A stretch of DNA of 64,000 bases, taken from positions 108,130,001 through 108,194,000 of the forward strand of contig CM059431.1 of NCBI GenBank assembly GCA_030390025.1. Direction: 5' to 3'. The notes below the pieces were generated by a model, which saw only the letters and a list, made by a program, of their open reading frames with translations, was not told where the DNA came from and searched no databases. The translations under genes were made by a program, and so were the position numbers. The stretch comes from Squalus acanthias. Taxonomy: Eukaryota. Shown here one piece after another: positions 60,675 to 64,000 of this stretch. Positions within the stretch are counted from its first letter, which is position 1, and each line of letters starts with the position of its first letter.

Positions 60675-63097
60675 TTACATAAGAACACAAGAACATTAGA
60701 AATAGGAACAGGAATAGGCTACTTGGCTGATCTTGGGCTCAAAGCCACTTCCCTGCCCGCTCCCCATAACCCTTCACTGCCTTATCTTGCAAAAATCTGT
60801 CTATCTCCACCTTAAATGTATTTAATGACCCAGCCTCCACAGCTCTCTGCGGCAGAGAATTCCACAGATTTAAGACCCTCAGAAGAAATTCCTCCTCATC
60901 TCAGTTCTAAAAGGGTGACCCTTTTTTCTGAAACTATGCCCCCGCGTTCTAGATTTCCCCATGAGGGGAAACATCCTCTCTGCATCTACCTTGTCGAGCC
61001 CCCTCAGTATCGTACATGTTTCAATAAGATCACCTCTCATTCTTCTAAACTCCAATGGGTACAGGCCCAACCTGCTCAACCTTTCCTCATAAGTCAACCC
61101 CCTCATCTCTGGAATTAACCTAGTGAATCCTCTCTGAACTGCCTCCAATGCAAGTATATCCTTCCTTAAATAAGGAGGCCAAAACTGTACGCAGTACTCA
61201 AGGTGTGGTCTCACCAATACCCTGTACAGTTGTAGCAGGACTTCCCTGCTTTTATACTCCAACCCCTTTGAAATAAAGGCCAACATTCCATTTGCCTTTT
61301 TGATTACTTGCTGTACCAGCATGCTAACTTTGTGTTTCATGCACAAGGACCCCCTCTGAACTGTAGCATTTTGTAATCTCTCTCCATTTAAATAATAATT
61401 TGCTTTTTTATTTTTCCTGCCAAAGTGTATAACCTCGCACTTTCCCACATTATACTCCATCTGCCAAATGTTTGCCCACTCACTTAGCCTGTCTATATCC
61501 CTTTGCAGATTCTTTGAGTCTCTGCACAACTTGCTTTCCCACCCATCTTTGTGCATCCGCAAACTTGGTTACATTACACTCGGTCCCTTCATCCAAGTCA
61601 TTAATGTAGATTGTAAATAGTTGAGGCCCCAGAACCGATCCCTGTGGCACCCCATTTGCCAACCGGAAAATGACCCATTTATCCCAACTATCTGCTTTCT
61701 GTTAGTTAGCCAATTCTCTATCCATGCTAATATATTACCCCCAACTCGTGAGCTCTTATCTTATGCAGTAACCTTTTATGTGGCACCTTATTGAATGCCT
61801 TCTGGAAATTCAAATACACCACATCCACTGGCTCACCTTTGTCCACCCTGCTCGTTACATCCTCAAAGAACTCCAGCAAATTTGTTAAACATGATTTCCC
61901 TTTTACAAAACCATGCTGACTCTGCTTGACTGCATTATGATTTTCCAAATGCCCTGCTACTGCTTCCTTAATGAAGGACTCCAGCATTTTCCCAATGACA
62001 GATGTTAGGCTAACTGGTCTATAGTTTCCTGCTTTCTGTCTCTCTCCTTTCTTAAATAGGAGTGTTACATTTGCAGTTTTCCAATCCGCTGGGACCTCTC
62101 CAGAGTCCAGGGAATTTTGTTATATTGCAACCAATGCATCCACTGTCTCTGCAGCCACTTCTTTTAAGACCCTGGGATGCACGCCATCTGGTTCAGGGGA
62201 CTTGTCGTCTTTTAGTCCCATTATTTTACCAAGTACTATTTCCTTAGTGACAGTGATTGTCTTTAGTTCCCCCCTCCTTGTGGCCCCTTGATTATCCATT
62301 ATTGGGATGTTGTTAGTGTCTTCTACCATGAAGACAGATACAAAATATTTGTTCAGAGTCTCTGCCATTTCCCCGTTCTCCATTATTAATTCCCCAGTCT
62401 CATCCTCTAAGGGACCAATGTTTACTTTAGCTACCCTCTTCCTTTTTATATACCTGTAGAAGCTCTTACTATCTGTTTTAATGTTTCTTGCCAGCCTACT
62501 CTCATAATTCATCTTCTCTCTCTTTATTTTTTTTTGGTCTCCCACCAATCTTGGCAACATTGTATGCCTTCATTTTCAATTTGATACCATCCTTTACTTC
62601 CTCAGTTAGCCACAGATGGTGTTCCCTTCTCTTAAAATCTTTCTTTCTCACTGGAATATATTTTTGTTGAGAGTTATGAAATATCTCCTTAAATGTCCGC
62701 CACTGCATTTCAACTGTCTTACCCTTTAATTTATTTTTGCAGTTCACTTTAGCCAGTTCTGCCCTCATGCCATTGTAATTGCCTTTGTTTAAGATCAGGA
62801 CACTGGTTTGAGATACAATCTTCTCACGCTCCAACTGAATTTGAAATTCAACCATGCTATGATCATTCTTTCCTAGATGATCCTTTACTAGGAGATCATT
62901 TATTAATTCTGTCTCATTACACAGTACCAGATCCAGGATAGCCTGCTCCCTGGTTGGTTCCATTATATACTGTTCTAGGAAACCATCCCGGATGCACTCT
63001 ATGAACTCTTCCTCAAGGCTACCATGGCCAATTTGATTTGTCCAATCAATATGCAGATTAAAATCACCCATGATTATTACCGTACCTTTTTTACAGC
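60675..63097 (-). mobile_element. 5'-truncated CR1 LINE (ORF2 disrupted)
   Basis: [62 protein letters not shown]; aagaac tail. Confidence 0.93.
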
Positions 63098-63564
63098 TGT
63101 ACAACCTGGATACCACATGATGTGCCAGGTTGGCACCACCCCACCTCACACCAACACCATAAAGCATCCCTACAATGCCCAAGCCATTCCTTTCACACTC
63201 ATCACCATTACTGGGGGCGGGGGGGGAACCCTTATGTCTCTCACAAATCTGTCCAAGAATGCAAAGTGCTAAAAATAAAGGTTTCAATGTTTGACAGAAC
63301 ATTACCAGAAACTTCACATGAACATTGGCTAAACCACCCAAGTGCCTACCCTTGTGTGTTGTTAGTTGGTATGCTTGCAGTAGGATGAGGGTGACTGAGA
63401 GGAGTGACTAGTGAGATGGGGAAGTGATAATGTAGACAGAGAGGGATGGGTGGAGGTGCAAGGTAAGTTGGTGTAAAGATGTGCAGGAGTAGGGTAGGGA
63501 AGACAGAGTGATGGAGATGTGAAGAGTGGCACAGCAGGATGAGGTGGAGTGTGACTTGGCAGTA

Positions 63565-63777
63565 ACGTTTTGTGATCTACTGAGATCATTGAACGGTTTG
63601 CACCACTGCAACCTGGTCCTCCTGATGACATCCCTGCTTGTGCCCTCCTGTGCAATGTGCAACCAGGCTGCGTTGGTGTCCTGGGGAGGTCTCATCTGCC
63701 CATGGGAAGGGAAGAGAACCTCCCTGTGTGCTGTAAGCATATGGAGGGAGTCATGGGAGAGCCTGGGTGCAGCCATG
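63565..63777 (-). pseudogene. Harbinger Myb/SANT exon remnant
   Basis: MAAPRLSHDSLHML...REVLFPSHG...AAWLHIAQE...RTRLQWCKPFNDLSRS aligns by eye with 23386-23624. Confidence 0.8.
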
Positions 63778-64000
63778 CACCTCTGTGCAGTGCTCATCAG
63801 TGTTAGCAGCACCTCAATGCTGTAGAACAGACAGCAGAACTGTCAAAATCAATTTGGACATGGCCCCTTTAAGGAAAATCGGCTGATGACGCATCATCAA
63901 ATGATATCATCAGATCTGCTTCCTTTTAATTGGCCGGGAACCTGGCTGGTGGGCTTAACAAGCCCTCTTAACTTAAAATCACTTGGAGAGTGCGGGCCGG

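Larger units (their letters stand above)
59926..64000. mobile_element. Second two-gene Harbinger derivative, internally deleted, CR1-interrupted, running off the window end
   Basis: Left end GGGCTGAATTTTGCCGGCGCTCAGAGGGC; transposase N-terminus MGALENISPWSSES with Q/H tract at 60462 (homologous to 31259 MGTIYTLSSWSSDS with Q tract); Myb/SANT exon on the minus strand. Confidence 0.8.

Noticed and set aside
62502..63341. 279-aa ORF as a novel fusion protein
   Set aside because: Chance open frame across the Harbinger/CR1 junction; the C-terminal part is ordinary CR1 endonuclease sequence
1..64000. CRISPR array, prokaryotic operon, retron or defence system
   Set aside because: No regular repeat-spacer arrays or bacterial gene organisation; all RT sequences are eukaryotic retroelement types

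Overview
Eukaryotic, repeat-saturated window with no prokaryotic operons, CRISPR arrays, rRNA or true tRNA genes, and no confidently identifiable host protein-coding gene, so it is probably intronic or intergenic. The repeat repertoire suggests a cartilaginous fish, most likely a shark (inference). Contents: (1) many CR1 LINE copies, including a 4.4-kb full-length element with a zinc-finger/SGNH-esterase ORF1 and an APE-RT ORF2; (2) a second CR1/L2-group LINE family whose 3' tail is shared with a tRNA-derived SINE; (3) L2 fragments and a DeuSINE-type SINE; (4) an 8.7-kb two-gene PIF/Harbinger transposon (spliced Myb/SANT gene plus HARBI1-like DDE transposase, 15-bp TIRs, TAA TSD), a second partial one, and many Harbinger-type MITEs with 3-bp TSDs; (5) a young Penelope-like GIY-YIG element with an inverted pseudo-LTR and a 15-bp TSD; (6) a decayed Ty3/Gypsy pol relic. 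The most interesting non-obvious signal is five minimal type-I hammerhead ribozyme motifs from two sequence families, with palindromic stem III, carried by Penelope-type repeats. Other findings are several rearrangements readable at base level: an inverted MITE self-insertion, an inverted SINE body, nested perfect inverted repeats, and a doubled CR1 3' end. Family names come from recognising motifs by eye, not from database searches, and boundaries of old fragments are approximate. I did not find a system I can claim is entirely undescribed.
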